This document shows positions 27,107-36,803 of a stretch of DNA of 64,000 nucleotides, in pieces; the stretch's first letter is position 1; every line of letters starts with the position of its first letter. The position numbers were made by a program, and so were the translations under genes. Source of the DNA: an uncultured Nitrospiraceae bacterium (GTDB lineage Bacteria > Nitrospirota > Nitrospiria > Nitrospirales > Nitrospiraceae). The notes under the pieces are model-generated. The model searched no databases. It saw only the letters and a list, made by a program, of their open reading frames with translations, and was not told where the DNA came from. The DNA lies in the NCBI GenBank assembly GCA_963846575.1, contig CAWJWJ010000002.1:1888001-1952000 (forward strand), given 5' to 3'.

Positions 27107-28212
27107 GCACCACCACCATGGAGGACTGCCGTCAGGGTATGGAGAAGCCGATCGTTTTCTGCCCTGGTCCGTACGGCCACCCGAATGGACCGGGCATGCA
27201 AACCCGGCACCTGCGAGCAATCCCGGATCAAAATACCCTGTCGTCGAACGGCAGCCACGGTCTCTGCCACCTTCCGTCCAACCGGCAACTCCAGCAGAAG
27301 AAAATTTGCCGCAGATGGATAGACGGCGCAGCCGGTGAGCCGCTGCAACTGCTTCACCAAGCGCGGCCGCTCCTGATTCATGAACCGGATGCTCCGATCC
27401 GCATGTCGTACATCGCGCAGCGCGCTCACGGCGGCCCGCTGCGCCAACATGTTCACGGACCAGGGCGGCTGCTGCAGCCCGATGCGTCGGATGACGGGTG
27501 GCCTCGCGACCCCATAGCCGACACGGAGTCCTGGCAGCCCATAGAATTTCGTCATGCTCCGCAGCACGATGGTTCGTGCAGGAAGGGTCCGTGACAGAAT
27601 CGACGCGCCGGCACAATACTCGGCGAACGTTTCGTCGACGACAAACCACAACCCCCGGCGGGCCGCGAGACGCGCCAGTCTTCCGACAGTTCCGGCATCA
27701 GAGGCATGGCCGGTCGGACTATTGGGATTGCACAGGAGGACCGCGTCGACGGCCGGACGCCCCCGGCGCGCGTGAGTATCCCGCTGGATGGCAGCCATCA
27801 ACTGTCCGAACGGCGGGCGGTATCCGTCGGCACGATCACCCATCATCATGCTGACCCGGCCTCCGGACCGGCTCATTGCCGCCGCATACTCCGAAAAGGT
27901 AGGGCCGACGATTAATAGATGTCGAATCTTCAGCGCCCGGGGAAGCAGATGAATCAATTCGGTCGACCCGTTTCCAATCAGAAAGGCATCGGCTGGCTGC
28001 TTCCAATGGGCAGCCAGCGCCTGGCGTAGATCCCAACAGGCCGGATCGGGATAGTGCCGGAGCCATGTTTCCCCGTCGGCAATGGAGCGCAAGGCGGCGG
28101 GCGACGGTCCCAGAGGATTGATGCTGGCGCTGAAATCCAGCAGCCTATGGACTCCGAGCCCCAGTTCGCGAGCCGCGGCATACACGTCGCCGCCGTGACC
28201 GGGACGCGTCAT
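27103..28212 (-). CDS. cobD: L-threonine-O-3-phosphate decarboxylase
   Basis: HGGDV, DFSASINPLGP, CNPNSPTG, DETF and RSMTKFYGLPGLRVGY (PLP lysine). Confidence 0.93.
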   Translation of the reverse strand: MTRPGHGGDVYAAARELGLGVHRLLDFSASINPLGPSPAALRSIADGETWLRHYPDPACWDLRQALAAHWKQPADAFLIGNGSTELIHLLPRALKIRHLLIVGPTFSEYAAAMSRSGGRVSMMMGDRADGYRPPFGQLMAAIQRDTHARRGRPAVDAVLLCNPNSPTGHASDAGTVGRLARLAARRGLWFVVDETFAEYCAGASILSRTLPARTIVLRSMTKFYGLPGLRVGYGVARPPVIRRIGLQQPPWSVNMLAQRAAVSALRDVRHADRSIRFMNQERPRLVKQLQRLTGCAVYPSAANFLLLELPVGRKVAETVAAVRRQGILIRDCSQVPGLHARSIRVAVRTRAENDRLLHTLTAVLHGGGA

Positions 28213-29165
28213 GATTGCCACAGCGAGAGCAGGGCGAAGAAAAGACCGAGTCCCCAGGTCACCACCAGGATGTCCCTCGCCTCGGCGATGTGATCGAGGG
28301 TCAAGGGGCCTGTGCCCTCGCCGATCGGCGGACGATCCTGTGGAATGCCGTCATAATAATTCCTGCCGCCGAGTTGCACGCCCAGAGCCCCGGCCATGGC
28401 GGCTTCCGGCACTCCGCTGTTCGGGCTGGCGTGCTTGTCCCCATCCCGATGCAGGATCTGCCAACTCGATCGGACCCTGTCCCATTGCCAGGTGGCCAGT
28501 CCGGCTGCCAATGCAATGAAGGTTCCGGTCAGCCGGGCGGGAATCCAGTTCGCGATATCATCAAGCCGCGCCGAGGCCCAGCCGAAATATTCATACCGTG
28601 CATCGCGGTGACCGACCATGGAGTCGAGTGTATTGATCGCCTTGTATGCCAAGGCCAGGGGCGGCCCGCCGAGAGTCAGATACACGATCGGCGCGATAAT
28701 GCCGTCGGACGCGCTCTCCGCAATGGTTTCGACCGTCGCGCGCACGAGCTCAGGCTCGTCCAGCGTAGCCGTATCGCGTCCGACGATCATGGCCACTGCC
28801 TGCCGGGCACCGGACAGATTGCCTCGGGCCAGTTCGAAGCCGACCACCCGGACATGGTTCAACAGATCACGACCGGCGAGCGTCGTATAGGCCAGTCCAA
28901 TTACGACCGCATGTCCCAGCCAGGGTGAAAAGGACTCCGCCTGTGCGATCAGGAAGGCCGCGGCCATGTAGACCGCGACCGGCAATCCGATCGCGAGAGC
29001 CGCCCCGGCGATCCGCAAGGCTTCATCGGTCCGGCACAGTGCACGGATCCGATGGTCATACCAGGCAATGACCGTCCCCATGGCCCGGACCGGATGGGGA
29101 AGCCACCGAGGATCCCCCGCCACCGCATCCAAGGCCGTGGCAAAAATGAGATCGATGCCGGTCAT
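28209..29165 (-). CDS. cbiB: Adenosylcobinamide-phosphate synthase CbiB
   Basis: GDPRWLPHPV, IVGRDT, YKAINTLDSMVG and SPNSGVPEAAMAGALG. Confidence 0.95.
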   Translation of the reverse strand: MTGIDLIFATALDAVAGDPRWLPHPVRAMGTVIAWYDHRIRALCRTDEALRIAGAALAIGLPVAVYMAAAFLIAQAESFSPWLGHAVVIGLAYTTLAGRDLLNHVRVVGFELARGNLSGARQAVAMIVGRDTATLDEPELVRATVETIAESASDGIIAPIVYLTLGGPPLALAYKAINTLDSMVGHRDARYEYFGWASARLDDIANWIPARLTGTFIALAAGLATWQWDRVRSSWQILHRDGDKHASPNSGVPEAAMAGALGVQLGGRNYYDGIPQDRPPIGEGTGPLTLDHIAEARDILVVTWGLGLFFALLSLWQS

Positions 29166-29933
29166 CGTCCCACCACCAAGACCGGAACCAGCAACAGGAA
29201 GAGAATCTCGATCAGTTCATTGGTCGCACCCAGCAGGTCTCCCGTCACTCCTCCGAACCATTCCCGGCAACCCCGTCGCAACAGAGCGACCACTGCCAGG
29301 CCGGTCGCCATGGTGGTCAGCGCCGCAAGCAGGCCCAAGCCCGTAGCGAGCGCCAGGACCAGCACGAGGCTCGCCGCCAGAAGATGCCGCAGGGATAGAT
29401 GGGTGAGAAACGACGCGGCCAATCCACCTTCGCTCCTCGCGTAGGAAGCGGACCAGGCCACGGCCACCATGGCCCAGCGGCCGACTGCGGGCATGCAGAC
29501 CAGCACCGGAAGGCGCAACGATGGAGGAAGGGCCAGCAATCCCGCGTAGCGAAGCAGCAGAGAGAAACAACCCGGTCGCGCCGATTGCACCCACCCGCGG
29601 ATCACGCATGATCAACAACCGGTCTGCCGCGGTACGTCCTCCGGCCAAACCGTCCAACGTGTCCGCCAATCCGTCCTGGTGCAACCCGCGCGTCAGGAGT
29701 ACCAGCAGCACGATCAACAGCACGCTCACGACTTCCTCCGCCACAAATCCCCTCAAGCCGCTGTCGGCCAGGGCCAGGAGACTCCCGATCAGCAGGCCGA
29801 CCGTCGTGTACCAGGCCATCGAGGTCGCCAACTCACCGGCCGTCGGTTCGTGATACCGCCGGCTGATCGGGATCGCGGTGAGAAAATGCCAGGCGAACAC
29901 AAAGGGTCTGGTCTTGGCTGCGATCTCAATCAC
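29162..29933 (-). pseudogene. cobS: Cobalamin-5'-phosphate synthase CobS, frameshifted near 29560 (real lesion or sequencing error)
   Basis: The N-terminal half (FLTAIP...GLHQDGLADTLDG...MRDPRVGAIG) and the C-terminal half (LLLRYAGL...GGVTGDLLGA) are in different frames, joined at a (CT)3 run. Confidence 0.88.
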
Positions 29934-30984
29934 GCTGTGACACACCCGCGTCATCGAATGTCGCCATTTCGGTAAGAAGTTTGACGGACGCCTGCACCAG
30001 ACTCATACCCAGGCAGGCTCCCGTCCCTTCACCGAGCCGCAAGTCGAGATCGAACAACGGCTTGAGGTCGAGCTGCGCCAGGATGGCTTGATGGCCGCGC
30101 TCTACGGAGCGATGCGAGGCGAGGAAATAGTCACGACATCGGGGCTCCAAACCCACGGCGATCAACGCCGCGGCGCCGGCGATAAAACCATCTAACACGA
30201 CCGGCAGGCGCGCCGCGGCGGCGCCGAGCATGAGCCCCGCGAGGCCCGCGATCTCCAAGCCACCGACCTTGGCCAGCACCTCGAGGGCATCGGTGCGGCT
30301 CGGGCGGTGGCGATCGAGCGCCTGTTGGATGACAGACACTTTGTGCGCATGCACCGCGTCGTCAATTCCGGTGCCCCGCCCGGTTACCTCAGCCACCGGC
30401 CGGCCGGTCATCACCGCCGTGATGGCCGCGCTTGCCGTCGTGTTGCCGATGCCCATCTCACCGGTTCCGATCAGCCCGACGCCTTCCCGGGCCGCATCGG
30501 CGGCCAGATCGAGACCGACCTGCAAGGCCTCGATGGCCTGCGTACGGCTCATCGCCGGTTCGTGCAGCAAATTGTTCGTACCCGGCATGACCTTCTTCCG
30601 AATCAGCCCCGGGGCGACGTCGAACTCGTACGCCACACCGATATCGATCACGCGCACTTCGGCCCCCACATGACGCGCGAGCACATTCACCCCCGCTCCC
30701 CCGCGAAGAAAGTTCAGCACCATTTGAGGCGTGACCTCGGGCGGATACGCGCTCACACCTTCACCGGCCACGCCATGGTCGGCAGCGAAGGTAAAGACCA
30801 CCCCGCGCGGCAGGTTGGGTTTGGACTCACCCGTAATCGCGGCATACCAGACGGCCATTTCTTCCAATCGGCCCAGACTGCCCAGGGGTTTGGTCAACCG
30901 GTCGAGCCGAGCCTGCGCCGCCGCCGCTGCGTGATGATCCACCGGCCGGATGCGCGAGCCCACTTCATCGAACGTCATCGACAC
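29926..30984 (-). CDS. cobT: Nicotinate-nucleotide--dimethylbenzimidazole phosphoribosyltransferase
   Basis: LTKPLGSLGRLE, FAADHGV, GEMGIGNTT and LRLGEGTGA. Confidence 0.96.
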   Translation of the reverse strand: MSMTFDEVGSRIRPVDHHAAAAAQARLDRLTKPLGSLGRLEEMAVWYAAITGESKPNLPRGVVFTFAADHGVAGEGVSAYPPEVTPQMVLNFLRGGAGVNVLARHVGAEVRVIDIGVAYEFDVAPGLIRKKVMPGTNNLLHEPAMSRTQAIEALQVGLDLAADAAREGVGLIGTGEMGIGNTTASAAITAVMTGRPVAEVTGRGTGIDDAVHAHKVSVIQQALDRHRPSRTDALEVLAKVGGLEIAGLAGLMLGAAAARLPVVLDGFIAGAAALIAVGLEPRCRDYFLASHRSVERGHQAILAQLDLKPLFDLDLRLGEGTGACLGMSLVQASVKLLTEMATFDDAGVSQRD

Positions 30985-30991
30985 CCCCCTT

Positions 30992-31528
30992 TCATTTCAG
31001 TCTGAGCGACTGCCCACTGATGACCAGATAGACCTCGTCCGCCGCGTGGGCAATCTGTTGATTCACCCGCCCTGCAACATCGCGGAACGCCCGCGCGCTA
31101 CGACTCGCCGGAACTAGCCCGAATCCCAATTCATTGCTCACCAGCAGGACCTTGGCCGGGACCGCGCGAATGGCCTGCAGCAGCTCGTCCACCCGTCGAG
31201 TCATATCGGCATGGGCGATGCGCCGTCCCCCGACATTACTGAGCCAGAGCGTCAGGCAATCCACGACAATCGTCCGGAAACTCTTGCCTTGAGACTGAAA
31301 CCAGTCGGCCAGTTCTCGCGGCACTTCCGCCGTCTGCCACTCGGCCGGACGCGTCGCGCGGTGCCGCGCGATGCGCACGGCCATTTCTCCGTCCAACGCC
31401 TCGCCGGTCGCCACAAACGCCTTCGGGCCGGTCGGTCCCGCCCGATCCAGCGCCGCCTGGCTCTTGCCGGAGGCCGCTCCGCCGAGCACCAGAATCAGCC
31501 GTGATCGACTGCTCGTCTTCCGTTTCAT
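30992..31528 (-). CDS. cobU: Adenosylcobinamide kinase / cobinamide-phosphate guanylyltransferase
   Basis: GGAASGKS, RIARHR, VDCLTLWLSN, SNELGFG and FRDVAGRVNQ. Confidence 0.95.
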   Translation of the reverse strand: MKRKTSSRSRLILVLGGAASGKSQAALDRAGPTGPKAFVATGEALDGEMAVRIARHRATRPAEWQTAEVPRELADWFQSQGKSFRTIVVDCLTLWLSNVGGRRIAHADMTRRVDELLQAIRAVPAKVLLVSNELGFGLVPASRSARAFRDVAGRVNQQIAHAADEVYLVISGQSLRLK

Positions 31529-31532
31529 GAAG

Positions 31533-32129
31533 TCATTCGGCCGAGGCGCCGGATTCCCGTTCCCACAAAAACTCCGGTTCACCCTGTGTCTTCGCGACCC
31601 ATCGAGCCAACACGAACAAGGCATCGCTCAGCCGGTTGAGATATTTGTTGAGTTCCAGGTCGACAGGCTCTTCGCGCGTCAACCGGATACAGATCCGCTC
31701 GGCCCGGCGGCAGATGGTTCGCGCCTGATGGAGCGTCGCCGAGACCTTGCCTCCCCCGGGAAGAATGAACTCTTTCAGCGGGGTGAGGTCTTCCTGACAG
31801 CGGTCGATCATATGTTCGAGCCTGGTCACATCCTTGCCCGTGACCGTCGGCATGTTTTTGAATGTCTGCCCCGGCGACGTCGCCAGAATGCTGCCGACGT
31901 CGAACAGTTTGTTCTGGACCCAGCGCAGATCCGCCTCCAGTTGAGTCGAGGCGGGAGACGTCGTGCCGGCGTCGGCATTCATCGCCCGGACCAGCCCGAT
32001 GGACGCATTCAGTTCATCGACCGTCCCATAGGCTTCGACCCGCAGGCAGTCCTTCCAGACCTGTTGCCCTCCGGCCAGCCTCGTCTGGCCCGCATCCCCT
32101 GTTCTCGTGTACACCTTGGTAATCCGCAT
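31533..32129 (-). CDS. pduO: PduO-type ATP:cob(I)alamin adenosyltransferase
   Basis: KVYTRTGDAGQT, AYGTVDELN, FILPGG, RTICRRAER and YLNRLSD. Confidence 0.95.
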   Translation of the reverse strand: MRITKVYTRTGDAGQTRLAGGQQVWKDCLRVEAYGTVDELNASIGLVRAMNADAGTTSPASTQLEADLRWVQNKLFDVGSILATSPGQTFKNMPTVTGKDVTRLEHMIDRCQEDLTPLKEFILPGGGKVSATLHQARTICRRAERICIRLTREEPVDLELNKYLNRLSDALFVLARWVAKTQGEPEFLWERESGASAE

Positions 32130-32249
32130 TCCTATGTCCTTCCGTTCCGGTCAGTCCCCTGTCCCCATGCTTCCTATTGCGCAACCTTCATGACGCGTCC
32201 ACGGGCATCGTCGTAATCGTCGGCGGCGGAACATTTTGCCTTCCGCTCC

Positions 32250-32465
32250 TCATACGCCATGACGGTCGCCCTGCGAGATGTGCGGCCCGATTCTGCCCTC
32301 CGCCACCTGCTGCAAACAGTCAGGGCAGAGACAATCCTCATACTGTGCGGCGATCCAGTCCATCTGCGTCTCGGTAATGCCGATCTTGCCGCACCAGCAT
32401 TGATAGCCGCCACAGGAGAATGACTGGCGACAGTGCTCGCAGGTCTTGGTGACCGGTCCTTTCAA
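32250..32465 (-). CDS. Small cysteine-rich CWC protein
   Basis: CEHC...FSCG...CWC...CLCPDCL. The TTG start overlaps the cobO stop. Confidence 0.75.
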   Translation of the reverse strand: MKGPVTKTCEHCRQSFSCGGYQCWCGKIGITETQMDWIAAQYEDCLCPDCLQQVAEGRIGPHISQGDRHGV

Positions 32466-33061
32466 AACTCCACCCCGGCCTGGGCTTTGATACCGTTGCG
32501 AAACGGGTGCTTCACCTGCTTCATCTCGGTCACCAGATCCGCGGCGTCGATCAACTCCGCCGGAGCACCTCGACCGGTAATCACGACATGCTGCATCGGC
32601 GGCCGGGCCTGCAGGCATGGCAAGACATCGGGCACCTCCACATACTTCTGCTGGAGCGCAATGTTGAACTCGTCCAGAATCACCATGCCGTAGGAAGGAT
32701 CGCGCATGAACTCGCAGGCCTTTGCCCAGGCCGCCTTTGCGAATCCCGTGTCGCGCTCACGGTCCTGCGTCTCCCAGGTGTAGCCTTCCCCCATCCGGAG
32801 AAAGATCAGGCTGTCACCGAACGACTTCAGGACTCTCTCCTCCGCCGTATCGATGGCGCCTTTGATAAACTGGACAACGGCGACCTTCATGCCGTGACCG
32901 AGGCAGCGTAGCGCCATCCCGAGCGCCGCGGTTGTTTTTCCCTTACCCGCGCCGGTGTGGACGATCAGCAATCCCTTCTCATCCTGTGCCGCTTCAATCC
33001 GTCGATCCACCGAAGCTTTCAACCGCTGCATTTTTGCCTGATGATCGCCCTGATCCGTCAT
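32462..33061 (-). CDS. cobO: CobO/BtuR-type cob(I)yrinic acid a,c-diamide adenosyltransferase
   Basis: TGAGKGKTTAALG, VQFIKG, LDEF, TGRGAP, KHPF and AQAGVEF. Confidence 0.95.
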   Translation of the reverse strand: MTDQGDHQAKMQRLKASVDRRIEAAQDEKGLLIVHTGAGKGKTTAALGMALRCLGHGMKVAVVQFIKGAIDTAEERVLKSFGDSLIFLRMGEGYTWETQDRERDTGFAKAAWAKACEFMRDPSYGMVILDEFNIALQQKYVEVPDVLPCLQARPPMQHVVITGRGAPAELIDAADLVTEMKQVKHPFRNGIKAQAGVEF

Positions 33062-33062
33062 G

Positions 33063-34457
33063 TCACACCTTTCCGATGGAAGACCGCTGTGTTCGCGTGC
33101 CAAGCGCGGCCATCAGCAGCTCTGTCACCACCTCAGGCCGGCTCGCAAAATGCAAATGGCTGTAAAGCGCGAGGGTGTTCCCCTTCATCAAGCCATCCTG
33201 ACCGGCGGGCTGACCTTGTGCATTCGACAAGGTACAGGCATAGTGCAGGTCGCCCCTCGGTTCAAGGGCGGAATAATGGAACTCATGCCCGCGCAACGAG
33301 CTACCCGCAGGCCCAAGCAGGCAGGATGTGGTCACTCCCACCGTTCGATAACCCAACGTCATGCCTGCTGTACGCATGACCGTCTCAGCGGGAAAGATCC
33401 CGACCATTTCGTGCCGCCGACCTTCAGCATCATGGATCGCCTCAGTCAGATACATGAGGCCGCCACATTCGGCGTAGATCGCGCCGCCTCGTTCCCCGTA
33501 GCGGCGAACGGCACGGCGCATCGAGGTATTGTCGGCCAAGGCCGCTCCATAGAGTTCCGGGTATCCACCGCCCAGATAGAGCACGTCGACCTCCGGCAAC
33601 CCGGTATCGTGCAGCGGCGAAAACCGCACGATCTCCGCACCCGTGGATTCGAGTAACTCCAAATTCTCCGGATAGTAAAAACAGAACGCCGCGTCGTAGG
33701 CAACACCGACACGGACCGGCGACAGGCGCCTCGGGACAACGGATGGCCGCAGGTCGTCCGTCAATTCACCGGCGGAACGAGCCAACGCTTCCACCCGTGC
33801 AAGATCGACCGTTTCCGCAGCGGACCGGGCCAGCCGGTCATAGAGATCGCCCCGGCCCTCCTCGATGGCAGTCCGCAGGCCGAGGTGCCGATCTGGAATG
33901 GTCACCGTGGCATCCGGCCGCAAATAGCCCACCACCAACAGAGCCGTCTCTGCCTCCACCGCATCACGCAACAGGCGGTAATGCCCGTCGCTCTGCACTC
34001 GATTGAACAACACGGCCTGCACCTGCAAGGCCGGATCGAACGCCGCATAACCCGATGCCATGGCCGCGGCCGAGCGCGCCATGGCGCTGCCGTCGATCAC
34101 CAGCAGCACCGGGGCCTTCAGCTGCTTGGCCAATTCGGCTGTGCTGCCTTGCTCGTGCAGCGGCGAACTGCCATCGAACAGTCCCATCATCCCTTCGATG
34201 ATCGACAGGTCCGCATCGGCAGAGGCGCGCGTAAAGGTCTGGCGGTTGAGCCTCTCTCCCAACATCCAGCCATCGAGGTTTCGGGAGGGGCGCCCGGTCA
34301 CGGCCTGGTGGTGGCCTGGATCGATGAAGTCGGGACCGGCCTTGAATGGTTGCACCGCCAGCCCCCTGGCCTTCAAGGCTGCCATGAGGGCCAGGGAAAC
34401 GGTCGTTTTGCCGGCACCGCTGTGGGTACCGGCTATGACCAGACGAGGACGGTGCAT
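33063..34457 (-). CDS. cbiA: Cobyrinate a,c-diamide synthase CbiA/CobB
   Basis: GTHSGAGKTT, FKAGPDFIDP, EGMMGLFDG, GGYPEL, AECGGLMYL and HEFHYS. Confidence 0.96.
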   Translation of the reverse strand: MHRPRLVIAGTHSGAGKTTVSLALMAALKARGLAVQPFKAGPDFIDPGHHQAVTGRPSRNLDGWMLGERLNRQTFTRASADADLSIIEGMMGLFDGSSPLHEQGSTAELAKQLKAPVLLVIDGSAMARSAAAMASGYAAFDPALQVQAVLFNRVQSDGHYRLLRDAVEAETALLVVGYLRPDATVTIPDRHLGLRTAIEEGRGDLYDRLARSAAETVDLARVEALARSAGELTDDLRPSVVPRRLSPVRVGVAYDAAFCFYYPENLELLESTGAEIVRFSPLHDTGLPEVDVLYLGGGYPELYGAALADNTSMRRAVRRYGERGGAIYAECGGLMYLTEAIHDAEGRRHEMVGIFPAETVMRTAGMTLGYRTVGVTTSCLLGPAGSSLRGHEFHYSALEPRGDLHYACTLSNAQGQPAGQDGLMKGNTLALYSHLHFASRPEVVTELLMAALGTRTQRSSIGKV

Positions 34458-34481
34458 CAGGTGGTCGCTCGCATCATGAGT

Positions 34482-36500
34482 TCAGGACTTCCCGCCGAAT
34501 GCGACACGCACGCCGCCAAAAATGGACCGGATCGGCGTGCCGGCGCTGGCGATCTCTTCGTACTTTTCATTGAACAGATTCTCGGCCCGCAGATAGGCCT
34601 GCATCCGTTTCGTCACGTCGTAGGTGACCGCTAAGGACCAGACATCGAACGCCCTCAGATTCTGCTGCTCGCCGGTGGTATTGAAGCGCGAGCCGACGTA
34701 GCGGCCGATCACCGTGATCCACAAGGGCTCAATCGGCTGATAACTGACAGAGGCGCTCCACTGGTCGGTCGGCCAGCGAGGCAGGCGCGCGTGAGTCTCC
34801 AAATCGCGTGTCAGCGTATTGGTGTACTGTGCCTGCAGGATCACGCCCCTCAAGAACGGTCTGTCACCGGCATAGGTGTAGGACAATCCGGCCTCCCAAC
34901 CCTTGGTAGCAGCCTCGCCCAGCTGCTGCGGACAGAACCCGAACGTACTAAACGGCGCGCAAAACGACGGATCGAACGTGGTGACGATCAGGTTCCGGTA
35001 GTGGTTCCAAAAAAATCCGCCGCTCAGCTTCAACTGTTTCGAGAGGAAATACTGATCGATCCCCACATCCATGCTTTGATTCTTTTCAGGCCCCAGACTG
35101 GGGTTGCCGAAATTGGGGAAGAACAATTCATTCATACTGGGCGCGCGAAATCCCGTGGAGTAGCCCGCACGCAGTTTCGTGTCGGTCTCCTTATGGTAGT
35201 ACCCGCCGGTGAGACGGTAGGTCGTGGCATCGCCGAACACGTTATAGCTGTCGTGCCTGATGCCTGCCGTCGCAAACACACGGTCCCACAGGTTGAACTG
35301 CGCCTGCGCGAATCCGGCGTGTGAGCTCAGGACACGATTGGTGAGCCCCGTATCATTCTCGCCCTGTTGTTCGCGGAATTGATACCCCGCACTCAGCAGC
35401 AGGAGCTTCGTAATCTGAAAGTTGTGCTGCCACTCGAGGCGATTGGATACGACCCTGGTTTCATTCGGGCTTCCGAATGGCGTGCTGAAGAAGCCCGTGA
35501 CGAGGTTGCGCTGCAACGTTCCGGGCAGGAACAGCGTGGCTTCCTGCGACCGCGCGAGCGTGAGCTTCTGCGACCACCAACTCGTGATCGGCTGGTCATA
35601 ACTGCCGCTGAACACATATTGCTGGGTCCGCATCTTCGAACCATAGACGTCGGAGGGTGAGGTGGCCGACACATTGTCGAGGTTCACGTCGGAATTCATC
35701 CAGCGCATCGTGAAGTCGAGACGTCCGTCACGAGGGAGATCCGCTCCGATTCTCCCTGAACCCTGCCAGTTGTGGTAGGCGTCGCGCTCGATCGCGCCGC
35801 GCCGGTAATTGACCGCGGAAAAGCTGGACGTGTCCCAGCGGGACAGGGACAGACTATAGTCGATTACCCCCTGCTTCCCCGACACCGTGCCGCCTTCACG
35901 CAAGGAGGCGAAGGACCCGTATTCCAAAAAGCCGGTTGCGGAGAGCGGCCCCTGACCCCTCTTGGTGACGATGTTGATGACGCCGCCCATCGCGTCCGAT
36001 CCCCACAACATGCTTTGGGCACCGCGGAGAATCTCGACCCGTTCGAGGTTATCGGTCGTCAGGTTGGCAAAGTTGTAACTGCCCAGGGTGCCGCTGTTCA
36101 CGATGGCCCCGTCGATCAAAACCAATGTCTGGCTCGAGCTGCCTCCGCGAATTCTTGCCGTGACCTCGGTCCCCGGTCCGCCGCTCGAGAACACCGCGAG
36201 CCCTTGAGCCAGACGAAGGGCATCGGCCACAGTCTTGATGTTTTGTTTTTTCATGTCCTGCTCGGTGATGACTTCCACGGCACTGGTCACCTGGCTCACC
36301 GGCAAGGGCGTCTTGGTCGCCGACACCACGACTTCTTCCGTCTGCACCACCGGCTCGGGCCCGCCTGCGGGCTCGGGCTCGGCCGCCGAGGCCGGCGCGA
36401 CCGGCTCCTGGGCGAATCCCGGAACCGCCCCGACAACCGGTGTAGAAACAATGAGCAGTATCCCGCCTAAGACGGACCATTCCCTGACAAGACGCAACAT
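34482..36500 (-). CDS. btuB: TonB-dependent cobalamin receptor BtuB
   Basis: Signal peptide, EEVVVSATK TonB box, plug motifs VLIDG and ERVEILRGAQS.LWGSDAMGGVINI, and beta-barrel; preceded by a B12 riboswitch. Confidence 0.92.
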   Translation of the reverse strand: MLRLVREWSVLGGILLIVSTPVVGAVPGFAQEPVAPASAAEPEPAGGPEPVVQTEEVVVSATKTPLPVSQVTSAVEVITEQDMKKQNIKTVADALRLAQGLAVFSSGGPGTEVTARIRGGSSSQTLVLIDGAIVNSGTLGSYNFANLTTDNLERVEILRGAQSMLWGSDAMGGVINIVTKRGQGPLSATGFLEYGSFASLREGGTVSGKQGVIDYSLSLSRWDTSSFSAVNYRRGAIERDAYHNWQGSGRIGADLPRDGRLDFTMRWMNSDVNLDNVSATSPSDVYGSKMRTQQYVFSGSYDQPITSWWSQKLTLARSQEATLFLPGTLQRNLVTGFFSTPFGSPNETRVVSNRLEWQHNFQITKLLLLSAGYQFREQQGENDTGLTNRVLSSHAGFAQAQFNLWDRVFATAGIRHDSYNVFGDATTYRLTGGYYHKETDTKLRAGYSTGFRAPSMNELFFPNFGNPSLGPEKNQSMDVGIDQYFLSKQLKLSGGFFWNHYRNLIVTTFDPSFCAPFSTFGFCPQQLGEAATKGWEAGLSYTYAGDRPFLRGVILQAQYTNTLTRDLETHARLPRWPTDQWSASVSYQPIEPLWITVIGRYVGSRFNTTGEQQNLRAFDVWSLAVTYDVTKRMQAYLRAENLFNEKYEEIASAGTPIRSIFGGVRVAFGGKS

Positions 36501-36540
36501 GCTGACCTTCCCTTTCGCTCGAAGGGATCAGTTGAAACAA

Positions 36541-36690
36541 CCGTCAGTTGGGTCTCCTGACTTGCGGCTCATGGCTTCCCTGCGCCTTCCCATGTACCCG
36601 GCACACAGTGGCATCAGACAGGGTCACTCCCCGCTTACAGTGGCGGCACCGTGATGGTCTTGCACCATCTTCCCCGACGCTGACGGCGTC
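36541..36690 (-). ncRNA. Cobalamin riboswitch upstream of btuB
   Basis: Minus strand GGGAA-GAUGGUGCAAGACCAUC-ACGGUGCCGCCACUGUAA...GCCACUG...UGGGAAGGC...AAGUCAGGAGACC (B12 box). The 5' boundary is approximate. Confidence 0.92.
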
Positions 36691-36803
36691 TTCCTGACAC
36701 TCCGCTCTCCAATGATCACACGCCCCTCGCTTCACACGGGTGGGCCGGGCGCGAACCCCTCCCGTAACAGTGTCTTCGCTCTCAGCGGTCGATCGGCACC
36801 GGC

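Noticed and set aside
26357..27649. 430-aa version of CbiZ with a long N-terminal extension
   Set aside because: The extension overlaps cobD out of frame. The ATGA-coupled start at 27106 gives a normal-sized CbiZ.
32174..32260. Possible 28-aa peptide (MAYEERKAK...) between the CWC gene and pduO
   Set aside because: Too short, with no recognisable motif or other supporting evidence.
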